Source: an uncultured delta proteobacterium (GTDB taxonomy: Bacteria; Myxococcota_A; Polyangia; Fen-1088). Taken from it: DNA of 64,000 nucleotides. The notes under the pieces are model-generated. The model searched no databases, was not told the origin of the DNA, and was given only the letters and a program-made list of their open reading frames with translations. The position numbers and the translations under genes are program-made. The stretch spans positions 437,557-501,556 of the forward strand of contig CAVWIP010000008.1 in the NCBI GenBank assembly GCA_963755125.1, read 5' to 3'. Numbering within the stretch: the first letter of the stretch is position 1; each line of letters starts with the position of its first letter. Positions 50,469-60,361 of the stretch are shown piece by piece.

Positions 50469-53288
50469 ATGGACAGCAAGGAGCTGCTTAGGAGATTTCG
50501 GGCAGCCGGTTGGCCCAGCCCGGCACAGGTACACGCATTTCTGGGCGAGGCGCCCCCGCTTGCGCGTGACGACATCGAGCGACTGCTGGCCGTGGTGGTC
50601 AGCAAAGGGCTGCCTGGCGATTCTCGTGACCAGACCAACCGTTGCTTCGTCTTTCGCACGCTGGCCGAGCGGGTCATCGACAAGGGGTTGTTCCTGCCTT
50701 ACGTCCGTGCCTTGCGCGGCGCCGACGGACAGATCCTGTCCCTGCTCGGCCCGCTCATCCCGCGGGTCAACAACATCGAGGGTCACGCCGAGCTGTGCGC
50801 GCTGCTCAAGGAACCCGACGGAACCCTGCGCCGGGGCGTGGCCGGGATCCTCAAGCAGATCGGGGGCACCACCGTCTTCCAGACACTGAGCGCGTTTTGC
50901 GCCGACCCCGGCTTCCAGGGCCGCATCGAGGCCGTGGACGTGCTGGTTTCCATCGGCCGCCAGGTGGCCGTTCCCGCGCTGGCTGCCACGTTGGCGGTCG
51001 GCTCGCCCAACGAGAAGGTGCACGCCCTGCAGTACCTGGCCGACGCCGAGCTGATGGCCAAGGATCTGCGCGGGGCGGTCAAGGCCATCTCGCCGGCTCT
51101 GCGCGACGCCACCGAGCGCGTCGCCATGCAGGCGGTGCTGGCCTTCGCGGCCCTGTCCTCGGAGGACGAGTACTTCGAGCACATCGGTCCGGTGCTGGAT
51201 TCACCCAACCTCAACATGGTCAAGGCCGCGGTCGACGCCCTCAAGCGCTTCAGCTCGGCGCGCGCGGTCGAGGTGCTCGAGCGCAAGCTACACGCAGGCC
51301 CCCAGGTCATCCGGCTGGCCGTGCTGGCCACCGCCGAGGCCATCGGCAACGACCAAGTTCTTCCCCTGGTCGTGGCGGCGCTCAATTTCAGAAAGATCGA
51401 CGTGCGCACGCGTGCGGCCGAGGTGCTGACCAACCTGGCCCTGGCCGGCAAGGTGGACCTGGCGCGCACCATCCTGTGGCTGCTGCGCAGCAAGGACGTG
51501 AATGTGCGGCGCATGGCGGTGGACATCTCCAAGAAGGTGGGCGATCCCTCGGGCGATCTGGCGCCGCGACTTCTGCGCTACCTGCGCGACGAGGACTGGT
51601 GGGTGCGGGAACGGGTCATGGACGCTCTGGTGGGCATGGCCGGCAAGCAGCTCACCCGGCACCTGGTCAGCTACCTGCAAGATCCGTCGGACATCGTCCG
51701 GCGCTACGCGGTCGATGCGCTGTTGCGCCTGAAGGATCCCGCGGCGGTGGGGGCGCTGGTGCGTGCAGCGCAGAGCGACTCCGACTGGTGGGTTCGCGAG
51801 CGTGCCATCGAGGCAGTGGGCGCGATCGGTGATCGCCGAACCATCCCCTACATCGTCGATCTGCTCGACCGAGAGCCCGAGCTGCAGCGGGTTTGCGTCG
51901 AGGCCCTGCAGGCTTTGAAGGCCGATGAGGCCGCGCCCCAGGTGGCGGCCCTCTTGCCCGCCGCCGATACCGAGATGAAGCTCGTCCTCATCGCCTGTCT
52001 GGCCACGCTGGATGAACCCGGACAGGCGCCGGCGATTCTGCCGCTCTTGCAAGAGAAGGATCACCGTGTGCGCAACGCCGCGCGCGAGTTGCTGGCCCGC
52101 TGGAACATCGCCGGTGCGCACGACGCCGCGACTGAGAAAGCGTCCCTTTCTCTGTTGGAGCGACTGCTGCTGGCGCTGGCCCAGAACGACGGCGACGACC
52201 TCATCCTGGCGGGGGGGCTGCGCCCCTACATGAAGAAGATGGGGAAGGTCGTGCCGCTGGCCAGCCACGTGTTCTCCGCCGCGGACATCGAGACCATCAT
52301 CTCGCCCCATCTCAACCCAAAGCAGCTGGCAGACTTGGAGGTTCTGCGCGACGTCGATTTTTCGCTCGCGCTCAAATCCGAAGAGCTGCGTTTCCGCGCC
52401 AACGTGTTCCGCCAGATGCCGGGACTGTCGGCCGTCTTCCGCATCGTCAAGGATCGCATTCCGGTGCTGGAAGACCTTGGCTTGCCGCCCGTGGTGAAGA
52501 CCTTCGCCGAGTTGAAAAACGGACTGGTGCTGGTGGGCGGCCCGACCGGCTCGGGCAAGTCCACCACCCTGGCCGGGATCATCGACCACATCAACCGCAC
52601 CAGCTCGCGCCATATCGTCACCCTGGAAGACCCGATCGAGGTGATGCACAAGCAGAAGAAGTGCCTCATCAACCAGCGCGAGCTGGGAACCCACACGCAC
52701 TCATTTGAAAACGCCCTGCGCGCGACCCTGCGCCAGGATCCGGATGTCATCCTGGTCGGGGAGATGCGTGACCTGGCCACCGTGCAGTTCGCGGTGACCG
52801 CATCGGAAACCGGCCACCTGGTGCTGGGAACTTTGCACACGGTTTCGGTCGACACCACCGTCGATCGTCTGGTCAGTCTGTTTCCCCCGGGACAACAGCC
52901 GCAGGTGCGCTCCTTGCTGGCCGACACCTTGCGCGCGGTGATGTGCCAGTACCTCATCAAGCGCAAGGACGGACAAGGGCGTGTCATCGCGGTCGAGATC
53001 ATGATCAACAACGAGGCGGTCGCGAACCTCATCCGCAAGGGCAAGACCTTCCAGATCCCGTCGGTGATCGCCACCCAGCGTGACGCCGGCATGCAGGCCA
53101 TGGACGGGGACTTGGAACGTCTGTTCAAGGCCGGCCTGGTCAGCGCCGAGGAGGCGTACCTCAAGGCTGCCAACAAGAAGAACTTCGAGATCATAGTGGC
53201 CGGGCCGGATGCCGCCAAGGCTCAGGCTGGGAGCAAGGTGGCCGAGAGCAAAGCAGCGACCCCGGCGCAGGGAGAGAAGTCGGAATGA
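50469..53288 (+). CDS. HEAT-repeat / PilT-PilU family ATPase fusion (939 aa)
   Basis: HEAT repeats (DEDWWVRE, DSDWWVRE) followed by RFRANVF, GPTGSGKST, EDPIE, LRQDPD..LVGEMRD, GTLHT, AVANLIR. Confidence 0.92.
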   Translation: MDSKELLRRFRAAGWPSPAQVHAFLGEAPPLARDDIERLLAVVVSKGLPGDSRDQTNRCFVFRTLAERVIDKGLFLPYVRALRGADGQILSLLGPLIPRVNNIEGHAELCALLKEPDGTLRRGVAGILKQIGGTTVFQTLSAFCADPGFQGRIEAVDVLVSIGRQVAVPALAATLAVGSPNEKVHALQYLADAELMAKDLRGAVKAISPALRDATERVAMQAVLAFAALSSEDEYFEHIGPVLDSPNLNMVKAAVDALKRFSSARAVEVLERKLHAGPQVIRLAVLATAEAIGNDQVLPLVVAALNFRKIDVRTRAAEVLTNLALAGKVDLARTILWLLRSKDVNVRRMAVDISKKVGDPSGDLAPRLLRYLRDEDWWVRERVMDALVGMAGKQLTRHLVSYLQDPSDIVRRYAVDALLRLKDPAAVGALVRAAQSDSDWWVRERAIEAVGAIGDRRTIPYIVDLLDREPELQRVCVEALQALKADEAAPQVAALLPAADTEMKLVLIACLATLDEPGQAPAILPLLQEKDHRVRNAARELLARWNIAGAHDAATEKASLSLLERLLLALAQNDGDDLILAGGLRPYMKKMGKVVPLASHVFSAADIETIISPHLNPKQLADLEVLRDVDFSLALKSEELRFRANVFRQMPGLSAVFRIVKDRIPVLEDLGLPPVVKTFAELKNGLVLVGGPTGSGKSTTLAGIIDHINRTSSRHIVTLEDPIEVMHKQKKCLINQRELGTHTHSFENALRATLRQDPDVILVGEMRDLATVQFAVTASETGHLVLGTLHTVSVDTTVDRLVSLFPPGQQPQVRSLLADTLRAVMCQYLIKRKDGQGRVIAVEIMINNEAVANLIRKGKTFQIPSVIATQRDAGMQAMDGDLERLFKAGLVSAEEAYLKAANKKNFEIIVAGPDAAKAQAGSKVAESKAATPAQGEKSE

Positions 53289-53343
53289 CGGCAAGAACTT
53301 GGCCGGAAGTATCGCGCGGGCTTTCCCCAAGGAGGGTGACGCT

Positions 53344-54420
53344 TTGGCGCGCCTAGATTCCTTCCTGCGTCTGGTGGTCGAGCAGAAGGCGAGCGACCTG
53401 CACTTCCACTCGGGCGTGGTGCCCTTGATTCGCCACGACGGCGACCTTCTGCCGCTCAATTTCCGGGCGCTGAGCGAGGCCGACGCGCTTCGCTTCCTGC
53501 TGGAGATTCTCACCCCCGAGCAACGCGCGGTGTTCGATCGCGATCAGGAACTGGACTTCATCTACGAACTGCCCGAGGTGGGACGCTTCCGCGCCAACAT
53601 GTTCCAGCAAGCGCGCGGCATCGGGTCGGTATTCCGCATCATCCCCAACCAACTGCCCACCATCGAGGAGCTGTCATTGCCCCCAGTGGTGAAGAAGCTC
53701 ACCGAGCTGCAAAACGGGCTGGTGCTGGTCACCGGGCCGACCGGCTCGGGCAAGACCACCACGCTGGCCGCGCTGGTGCACGAGATCAACAAGACTTCGA
53801 GCCGTCACATCATCACCATTGAAGATCCCATCGAGTACGTGCACACGCCCTTGCAGAGCGTGGTGACCCAACGCCAGGTCGGCCGCCACGTGGAAAGCTT
53901 TGCGACCGCCCTGCGCTCCAGCCTGCGCGAATCGCCTGACGTGGTGGTGACGGGCGAGATGCGCGACCTGGAAACCATCCAGGTGGCCCTGCAAGCGGCC
54001 GAGACCGGCGTCCTGGTGTTCGGGACGCTGCACACCAACTCCGCGTCCAAGGCAGCCGATCGGATCATCGATGTGTTTCCCGACGAATCGCGTGAGCAGG
54101 TGCGCGGCGTGGTGTCGGTCATGTTGCGCGGGGTGCTCGCGCAGATGCTGTGCAAGCGGGCCGCGGGCGAGGGGCGCGTGGCGGTGTTGGAAGTCATGCT
54201 GCAGACGGTGGGCATCTCCAACCTCATCCGCGAGAGCAAGTGCTACCAGATCGATTCCTACCTGCAGACCGCCGATCCGGGCAGCGGCATGCAAAGCCTG
54301 GATAGCTGCATCTTCCAGTACGTCAAGGAAGGCGTGATCACGCTGGAGGAAGGCCTGCGCGTGGCCAACTATCCGGACGTGGTCAAGCGCATGGCGGCCG
54401 AGCTTCCTGAAGAAATCTGA
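53344..54420 (+). CDS. pilT: PilT/PilU family ATPase
   Basis: ASDLHF, RFRANMF, GPTGSGKTT, EDPIE, GEMRD, GTLHT, ISNLIRE; TTG start after AAGGAGG. Confidence 0.92.
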   Translation: MARLDSFLRLVVEQKASDLHFHSGVVPLIRHDGDLLPLNFRALSEADALRFLLEILTPEQRAVFDRDQELDFIYELPEVGRFRANMFQQARGIGSVFRIIPNQLPTIEELSLPPVVKKLTELQNGLVLVTGPTGSGKTTTLAALVHEINKTSSRHIITIEDPIEYVHTPLQSVVTQRQVGRHVESFATALRSSLRESPDVVVTGEMRDLETIQVALQAAETGVLVFGTLHTNSASKAADRIIDVFPDESREQVRGVVSVMLRGVLAQMLCKRAAGEGRVAVLEVMLQTVGISNLIRESKCYQIDSYLQTADPGSGMQSLDSCIFQYVKEGVITLEEGLRVANYPDVVKRMAAELPEEI

Positions 54421-54427
54421 GCAAGTG

Positions 54428-56638
54428 ATGGAGCTGTCGCGCAAACAGCTACTGGCCGAAGCGCAGGCGCTGGAGAAGCGCGGCGAGGCGGGAGCTGCCG
54501 CCCAGGCCTACACGCGCGTCGGCGCGTATGACGACGCCGCGAGGCTGTATCTGTCAGCCGGCAGTTTCATCGAGGCGGGGCAGGCCCTCGTGCGCAGTAT
54601 CGAGTACGACCGGCGCAGGCGGTTCAGCCTGGATGCCAATCAGCGGAAGGTTGCGCTCAAGGCTGCCATCTGCTTCTCGCGTGGGGGCGACGTGCGCGAG
54701 GCCGTGGAGTTGTTCCTGGCTGCCGGGGAGCGAAGCCGGGCGGTGGAACTGCTGCAGGAGGTGGGGGATTTCGTCAACGCCGCGCGTGTGGAGGCCGATG
54801 CCACCGGGCGAGTCGAACTGGTGGGGTACGAGCGGAAGGAATCCGCGGCCCCGGACACAGCCACCTTAATGGAAGCCGCGCGCAACCTGGAGCGCGTGGG
54901 CAAGCTGGACGCGGCCATGGAGGCCTATGCGCGACTCAAGCAGTGGGCCAATGCCGCTGCGCTGGCCCGACGCCTGGGCCACGCCGAGAGGGCCGCCGGC
55001 TTCTTCGCCGAGGCGGGCGAGGCGTTCGAGGCTGCGGCCTGCTTCCACGAGATCCGTGACGCCAGTCGTGAGATGGAACAGCTCATCAAGGTTCCGCCTG
55101 CCGACCCGCACTATCGCGAGGCCTGCGTGCGAGCCATCAGCATCGCCTCCGACCGCAACGAGCTGACCTTCGAACTGGAGCATCTTCTCAACAAGTTCGT
55201 CGCGTCCAGGCCCACCAGCGACGACGAGTTCGATGCCTGTTACCGCTTGGCCCTGCTCTTCGAGAACCACGAGTTCCCGGAAAGCGCGGCGGCGTGCTAT
55301 CGCAATATTCTGGAGGCGCGGCCGACCTATCGCGACGCCCGGGATCGCCTGAAGGCCGCCGAGACCGACTACCGTGGAGCGGCGGCCAAGGACTACGAGC
55401 GCGCCTTCAAGGAGGAGCTAGCCTTTCGCCAGGGCGTGAAGCGGCACGCAGCGCCCCCGGCCATCGCGTTCACCGCAATTGACGAGGAGCCCCTGGACGC
55501 ACTGCCGGAGCTGCCCGAGTTGCCTGACCTTCCCGAGCTGCCCGAGCCAGCCGCGGCGCTCGGTTCGGGCGACAGCAGCCGAAATCTGGCGCGCTCGGTG
55601 GTGGCCCACGCACACACGATGTTGTCGCCGGCCGGGCGTACACCGGCGCCGGTGGCGGTGTCGCCAGCGCCGGCGGCCGTGCCCGTGTCCCCCGCGGCCG
55701 AGCCCGCCGCCGTGCCCTCGGCGGTCGATCCCGAGCTGACCTGGGGGGTCGAAACGCAGATCGGCTTCGCCGGCGTGACCCTGGAACAGGGCGCTGTCAT
55801 CAATTCGCGCTTTCGCCTGGAGAAGAAGATCGGCCAGGGCGGCATGGGCGCGGTGTGGAAGGCCACCGATCTGGAACTGGACGAGATCATCGCCATCAAA
55901 TTCCTGGCCGCCCAGTTGGTCGACGACGAAGCGCTCGGTCGCTTCAAGCAGGAAGTTTCGCTCTCGCGCCAGTTCAACCACCCCAACATCATCAGGCTCT
56001 ACGACATCGGGACCTGCGCCGATCAGAAGTACATCACCATGGAGCTGCTCAGCGGCCACGATCTGGGCGAGGTCATGCGACAAGGGCCGCTCGATTTCGA
56101 TCGCGGGCTGGGCCTGCTGGTACAGGCGTGCTACGCGCTTCAAGTCGTACACGAACGCGGGGTCATCCATCGCGACATCAAACCCGACAACTTCTTCATT
56201 ACCGACGAAGGCGTGCTCAAGGTCATGGACTTCGGCGTTGCCAAGCGCCACAGTGCCAGCCGCGGGCTGACCCGCGCGGGCATGATGGCCGGCACGCCCC
56301 AGTACATGGCGCCCGAGCAGGCCAACAACTTCGCCGGTGTCACCCATCTCGCGGACCTGTACGCCCTGGGCTGCATCGCCTATCAGATGTTCGTCGGTAC
56401 GGTTCCCTTCGACGCTGAAGAGGTCATGCCCATCCTGGTCGCCCACATGAGCCAGGCGCCGGAGCCTCCCCGCCAGCGCAATCCAGCGATTCCGGCCGAG
56501 CTGGAGACGGTCATCCTCAAGCTGCTGGCAAAAAAGCCCGCGGAGCGTGTACAAAGTTGCCGTGAGCTGGCCTCGATCCTGTCGGGCATCCGCCTGCGCC
56601 TGCCCAAGGCGCCCTCCGGCTCCCCATCCGCCAGATAG
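54428..56638 (+). CDS. Soluble TPR-like / Ser/Thr kinase
   Basis: N-terminal helical repeats, LPELPE linker, C-terminal kinase GQGGMG, HRDIKPDN, DFG, YMAPE; no TM segment seen. Confidence 0.92.
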   Translation: MELSRKQLLAEAQALEKRGEAGAAAQAYTRVGAYDDAARLYLSAGSFIEAGQALVRSIEYDRRRRFSLDANQRKVALKAAICFSRGGDVREAVELFLAAGERSRAVELLQEVGDFVNAARVEADATGRVELVGYERKESAAPDTATLMEAARNLERVGKLDAAMEAYARLKQWANAAALARRLGHAERAAGFFAEAGEAFEAAACFHEIRDASREMEQLIKVPPADPHYREACVRAISIASDRNELTFELEHLLNKFVASRPTSDDEFDACYRLALLFENHEFPESAAACYRNILEARPTYRDARDRLKAAETDYRGAAAKDYERAFKEELAFRQGVKRHAAPPAIAFTAIDEEPLDALPELPELPDLPELPEPAAALGSGDSSRNLARSVVAHAHTMLSPAGRTPAPVAVSPAPAAVPVSPAAEPAAVPSAVDPELTWGVETQIGFAGVTLEQGAVINSRFRLEKKIGQGGMGAVWKATDLELDEIIAIKFLAAQLVDDEALGRFKQEVSLSRQFNHPNIIRLYDIGTCADQKYITMELLSGHDLGEVMRQGPLDFDRGLGLLVQACYALQVVHERGVIHRDIKPDNFFITDEGVLKVMDFGVAKRHSASRGLTRAGMMAGTPQYMAPEQANNFAGVTHLADLYALGCIAYQMFVGTVPFDAEEVMPILVAHMSQAPEPPRQRNPAIPAELETVILKLLAKKPAERVQSCRELASILSGIRLRLPKAPSGSPSAR

Positions 56639-56672
56639 TGAGAGTCCGACAGAGACCATCTGGTGGGCTACA

Positions 56673-57446
56673 ATGTCCAGCATGAGCTGGTCGTGCCTCT
56701 CCCGCTGCACCCAGGTGGCCATGGCGGCTTGCCTGACCCTGGCGGCCAGTGCTTGCGGCAACGGCCTTTTCACCGCGAGCCCAACCACTGGCAGCGACAG
56801 CGGGGCGGGATCTGACCGGCCTGTCGATGTTCCGCCAACCAATGACGGGCCGATCTCGCCCGCCGTCGACAGGTATCCGGACCAGCCGGTGCCGTCGGAT
56901 GTTGCGGCGCCGGACGCCACAACGCCGGATGCTGCCGCGCCCGATGCTGCGGTGCCGGGGTCCAGTGCGACGGCAATCATCGACTACCCCGGTGGCAGCG
57001 TCACGCTTGGCAACGCCTCGGTCAGCGCAACCGTCGTCGTTCCGAGGGGAGCATTCGCCCAGCCGGCAAATGTCACCCTGACCTTGGTCGCCTTTGCCCC
57101 GGTGAACGACGACGCGGGGACGACTGGCCCCTCCGGTCCCATCGGGCCGATCTTCTCACTGAGCAAGACTGTCACCTTGCAGGCTCCAGCCAGCTTCCAG
57201 CTTACCTTCACGCCCGCTGACACCTCGATACCAGCGCAGCGTGTGGCGCTGGCCTACCTCAACACCCAGACCGATCCCAATCTGTGGATTGCCATCTTGC
57301 CCTCGTCGTACAACCCAACAGCCGGGGTGCTGACTGGGACCGTGGTCGAGTTCTCGGGAACGCGGCTGTTTGCTCCCGTCGAATCCTGCCCGACCGGCCA
57401 GGCGTGCACCGCGCCCGAAACCTGTCAGGGTGGAGCCTGCCAGTGA
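56673..57446 (+). CDS. Lipoprotein with ZU5-like domain and Cys-rich tail
   Basis: LAASAC lipobox, PDAAA repeats, GGSVTL...VVPRGAF. Confidence 0.7.
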   Translation: MSSMSWSCLSRCTQVAMAACLTLAASACGNGLFTASPTTGSDSGAGSDRPVDVPPTNDGPISPAVDRYPDQPVPSDVAAPDATTPDAAAPDAAVPGSSATAIIDYPGGSVTLGNASVSATVVVPRGAFAQPANVTLTLVAFAPVNDDAGTTGPSGPIGPIFSLSKTVTLQAPASFQLTFTPADTSIPAQRVALAYLNTQTDPNLWIAILPSSYNPTAGVLTGTVVEFSGTRLFAPVESCPTGQACTAPETCQGGACQ

Positions 57447-57564
57447 CGGCGTCACCGTCGCCGACGGCTTCTAGACAGACGCGGCCACCGCGCCAGCGCG
57501 ATGAGCGCCGCCATGGGGATGCTTGCGCGCGCACGGGCCGCGGGCTATGAATTCTTCTTGGTTC

Positions 57565-57603
57565 GGGCGCGTAGCTCATCTGGATAGAGTACCGGCCTCC
57601 GAA
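57565..57603 (+). tRNA. 5' half of tRNA-Arg(CCG), broken after the anticodon loop
   Basis: GGGCGCG-TA-GCTC-ATCTGGATA-GAGT-A-CCGGC-CTCCGAA, then non-tRNA sequence; promoter-like TTGCGC-17 bp-TATGAA at 57523-57551. Confidence 0.8.
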
Positions 57604-57857
57604 TCCAACTGATGCGATGCGTCCTGATTAAGCCGAGCGCTCACCTGAAACAAAACGCCGGCTTACGGCGGCCAGAGACGCCGCATGATAGCCAGGAATT
57701 ATCGCCTGTTCGGTCCACTTGGGCAGAGAATAGGCAGAGCCGATGCGCCAGGCCCGTGGCTGGGCAGACGAAAGTCTCGCACTTCTTCGCCACCCTCTCG
57801 ACGAGGCATACCCCTTCACGCGGGTCGGTTGAGCCTCTCGGTGGTGGCGTGGCATCG

Positions 57858-59090
57858 TCAGCCGCGGCAGCACTTCTTGAACTTGCGGCCGCTGCCGCAG
57901 GGGCAGGGCTGGTTGGGGCCCACGGCCGGAGCCTTGGGCCTCGGGGACGCGACGAACGCACCGAGCGGCAGGCCGGCCTTCCAGTGCGCGGCCAGCCGCT
58001 GCATCACCGGGCGGGCGTGCCGGAAGAAACTCTGGTACGCGGGGCACAGATAGGACAGGCCTGACTCGCCATCAGCCGTGGTGGCGAAGCGGTCCTTGGG
58101 GCAGCCGCCGTGGCACCAGGCAAGCACGTCGCATTCCCGGCAGACGCTCGGCAAGGCGTCGCGCTTGCGTTCGCCAAAAGCGCGCAGGGCGGGGGATTCC
58201 ATCAATTCGGCCAGCGGCCGCTCGGCGAGGTTGCCAAGTCGGTGCTCGGTATCCACGAAATGGTCGCAGGCATACAGGGTGCCGTCGTGTTCCAGCACGG
58301 CCACGTCGCCGCAGGTCTCGCGAAAGATGCACAGGGCATGCGGCAGCCCGGCCGCGGGACGCATCGTCTCGTCGAAGAACTGGACGACCATGCGGCCCAG
58401 GTCATGGCCGATCCACTCGTCGAACACCTGGCAGAGGAAGTCGCCCAGGGCCTCGGGCCGCACGGTGCGCGGGGAAACGCCAGCGGGTGCCTCGGCCCGC
58501 CGTTCGACCAGGGGAAGGAACTGCAGCGACCTGACCCCGAGCTCGCGGAAGAAGCCGTACAGGCGCAACGGCACGCGCACATTCTCGGCATGCAGCACGC
58601 ACAGCACGTCGCAGCGGACACGGCGCCGTGCCAGACGCCGAAAGGCGCGCACAACGTCGCGATGGGTGGGCCGGCCCGCGGCGTCGGTGCGAAAGCCGTC
58701 GTGCAGGTCGGCCGGGCCGTCCAGGCTCAGCCCGACGTTGAACGATTCGGCGGCCAGGAAATCGAGCCACGCGTCGTCGAGCAGGACGCCGTTGGTCTGC
58801 AGGCTGTTCGTGATCGATCGCCCGGGCACAACGTGCTTGCGCTGCAACTCGACGATGCGGCGGAAGTAGTCCAGCCCCAGGATGGTCGGCTCGCCGCCGT
58901 GCCACTCGAAGTGTGTGTTCGGCCCGGGCGCGGTTTGCAGCCGTTGCGCGATATAGCGTTCCAGTAGGTCATCGGCCATGCGCCGACTGTCCGCGGGAAA
59001 GAGCTGTTCCTTGGCCAGGTAGTAGCAGTAGCTGCAGCGCAGGTTGCAGCGCGGGCCTGCGGGCTTGGCCATGATCAGCCCGTCGCGCAC
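57858..59090 (-). CDS. Anaerobic sulfatase maturase-like radical SAM/SPASM protein with SEC-C tail
   Basis: CNLRCSYC, WHGGEP, QTNG, YACDHF, CHGGCPK, CPCGSGRKFKKCC. Confidence 0.93.
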   Translation of the reverse strand: MRDGLIMAKPAGPRCNLRCSYCYYLAKEQLFPADSRRMADDLLERYIAQRLQTAPGPNTHFEWHGGEPTILGLDYFRRIVELQRKHVVPGRSITNSLQTNGVLLDDAWLDFLAAESFNVGLSLDGPADLHDGFRTDAAGRPTHRDVVRAFRRLARRRVRCDVLCVLHAENVRVPLRLYGFFRELGVRSLQFLPLVERRAEAPAGVSPRTVRPEALGDFLCQVFDEWIGHDLGRMVVQFFDETMRPAAGLPHALCIFRETCGDVAVLEHDGTLYACDHFVDTEHRLGNLAERPLAELMESPALRAFGERKRDALPSVCRECDVLAWCHGGCPKDRFATTADGESGLSYLCPAYQSFFRHARPVMQRLAAHWKAGLPLGAFVASPRPKAPAVGPNQPCPCGSGRKFKKCCRG

Positions 59091-60361
59091 TACAGCTCAC
59101 CCTCGGGCAGACCGACTCCGTCCGTCCCAGCCGGTCGGGCCGCCTGCGCCCGGGCGTGCCGTTCGGCCCGGGCCAGCCATAGGCCTGCGGGCAGGGCACA
59201 TCCCGTCACCAGCGCACTGACCCAGAAGGGCGCCCCGGTCGAGCGAGCGAACAGGGCGCCGCCCACCACCGGCCCAAGCGAGCCGCCGATGTCGCCGAAC
59301 AGCTGCACGGCGCCGACCGCGCTGCCCCGCACCTCGGGCTTGACGAACAGCCCCAGCAAGGCGACCAGGCAAGGATTCATGGCCCCCATTCCGCAACCAA
59401 CCAGCCCTACCGACACCAGCAGCATCGCCGGCGAGGAAACCACCGTGGTCAGCCCCAAACCCGCGGCCAGGATGAGCAGCCCCACCACGCCCCAGCGGGC
59501 GCTGGCATTGTAGCGGTCAGCCAGGCGGCCGACAGTGATGCTGGCCGCCGCCGAGATCAGGAGCAGGACGCCCATAACTAGCGAGGCCGAGGACTGGGTG
59601 CCCAGACCCGCCAGTGTCAGGCTGCGCGCCTGGATGAGCAGGACCAGGGTGGTCAGCACCGTGCCCTGGGCCGAAAAGAAGGTGGCCAGGTTGAGGGCGC
59701 CGAGCGCCAGAACATGGGGCTCGGACATCACACGCAGCAGGCCCCGCAGATCGGTGCGTACCCGTTGCGCCGCGCGCAGGTCCGGGACCAGCGCGGCTGC
59801 AAGGACGGACGCGACCAGCACCGCTCCGATGGCCGCACCGAAGGTGACGCGATTACCGAAGCGCGCGCTGAGCAGGCCGCCTACCACCAGCCCCACTGGC
59901 ATGCCCGTGGTCATCGCGGCGCGTACTAGGCCGGCGGTCTTGCCCCCATGGCGCGCGCCGCCCGCATGCAGGGCCAGCACCTGCGCCGCCACGAACACGC
60001 AGGCCGAGCCAGGTCCGTGCAGCAGCCGCGCGGCCAGGAAGAATGCCCCAGGGTGGCCGACGACCACGCCCATCAGATACAGGGACATGACCGCAATCTG
60101 CGAGGCCAGGCCGATGAGCAGCAGGCGCCGCCCGCCCAGCCGATCGGCCAGCGTGCCCACCGCGGGGCTGGCGAAGATCCTGGCCATGCGGTTGGCCGCC
60201 AGGATGAGCCCGATGAAGGGCAAGGACAGCCCGGCGCGCAGTCCGACGAAGGGCAAGATGGGAAAGGCGATGCCGCCGGCGACTCCCACAAACATCACGC
60301 CGGGCGCAATGGCCAGGGCAGCTCGCATGGCGGCCCGCTTGTCGGTTGATTCGGCGTTCAC
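59090..60361 (-). CDS. MFS transporter
   Basis: GTLADRLGGRR motif A, many hydrophobic helices. Confidence 0.92.
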   Translation of the reverse strand: MNAESTDKRAAMRAALAIAPGVMFVGVAGGIAFPILPFVGLRAGLSLPFIGLILAANRMARIFASPAVGTLADRLGGRRLLLIGLASQIAVMSLYLMGVVVGHPGAFFLAARLLHGPGSACVFVAAQVLALHAGGARHGGKTAGLVRAAMTTGMPVGLVVGGLLSARFGNRVTFGAAIGAVLVASVLAAALVPDLRAAQRVRTDLRGLLRVMSEPHVLALGALNLATFFSAQGTVLTTLVLLIQARSLTLAGLGTQSSASLVMGVLLLISAAASITVGRLADRYNASARWGVVGLLILAAGLGLTTVVSSPAMLLVSVGLVGCGMGAMNPCLVALLGLFVKPEVRGSAVGAVQLFGDIGGSLGPVVGGALFARSTGAPFWVSALVTGCALPAGLWLARAERHARAQAARPAGTDGVGLPEGEL

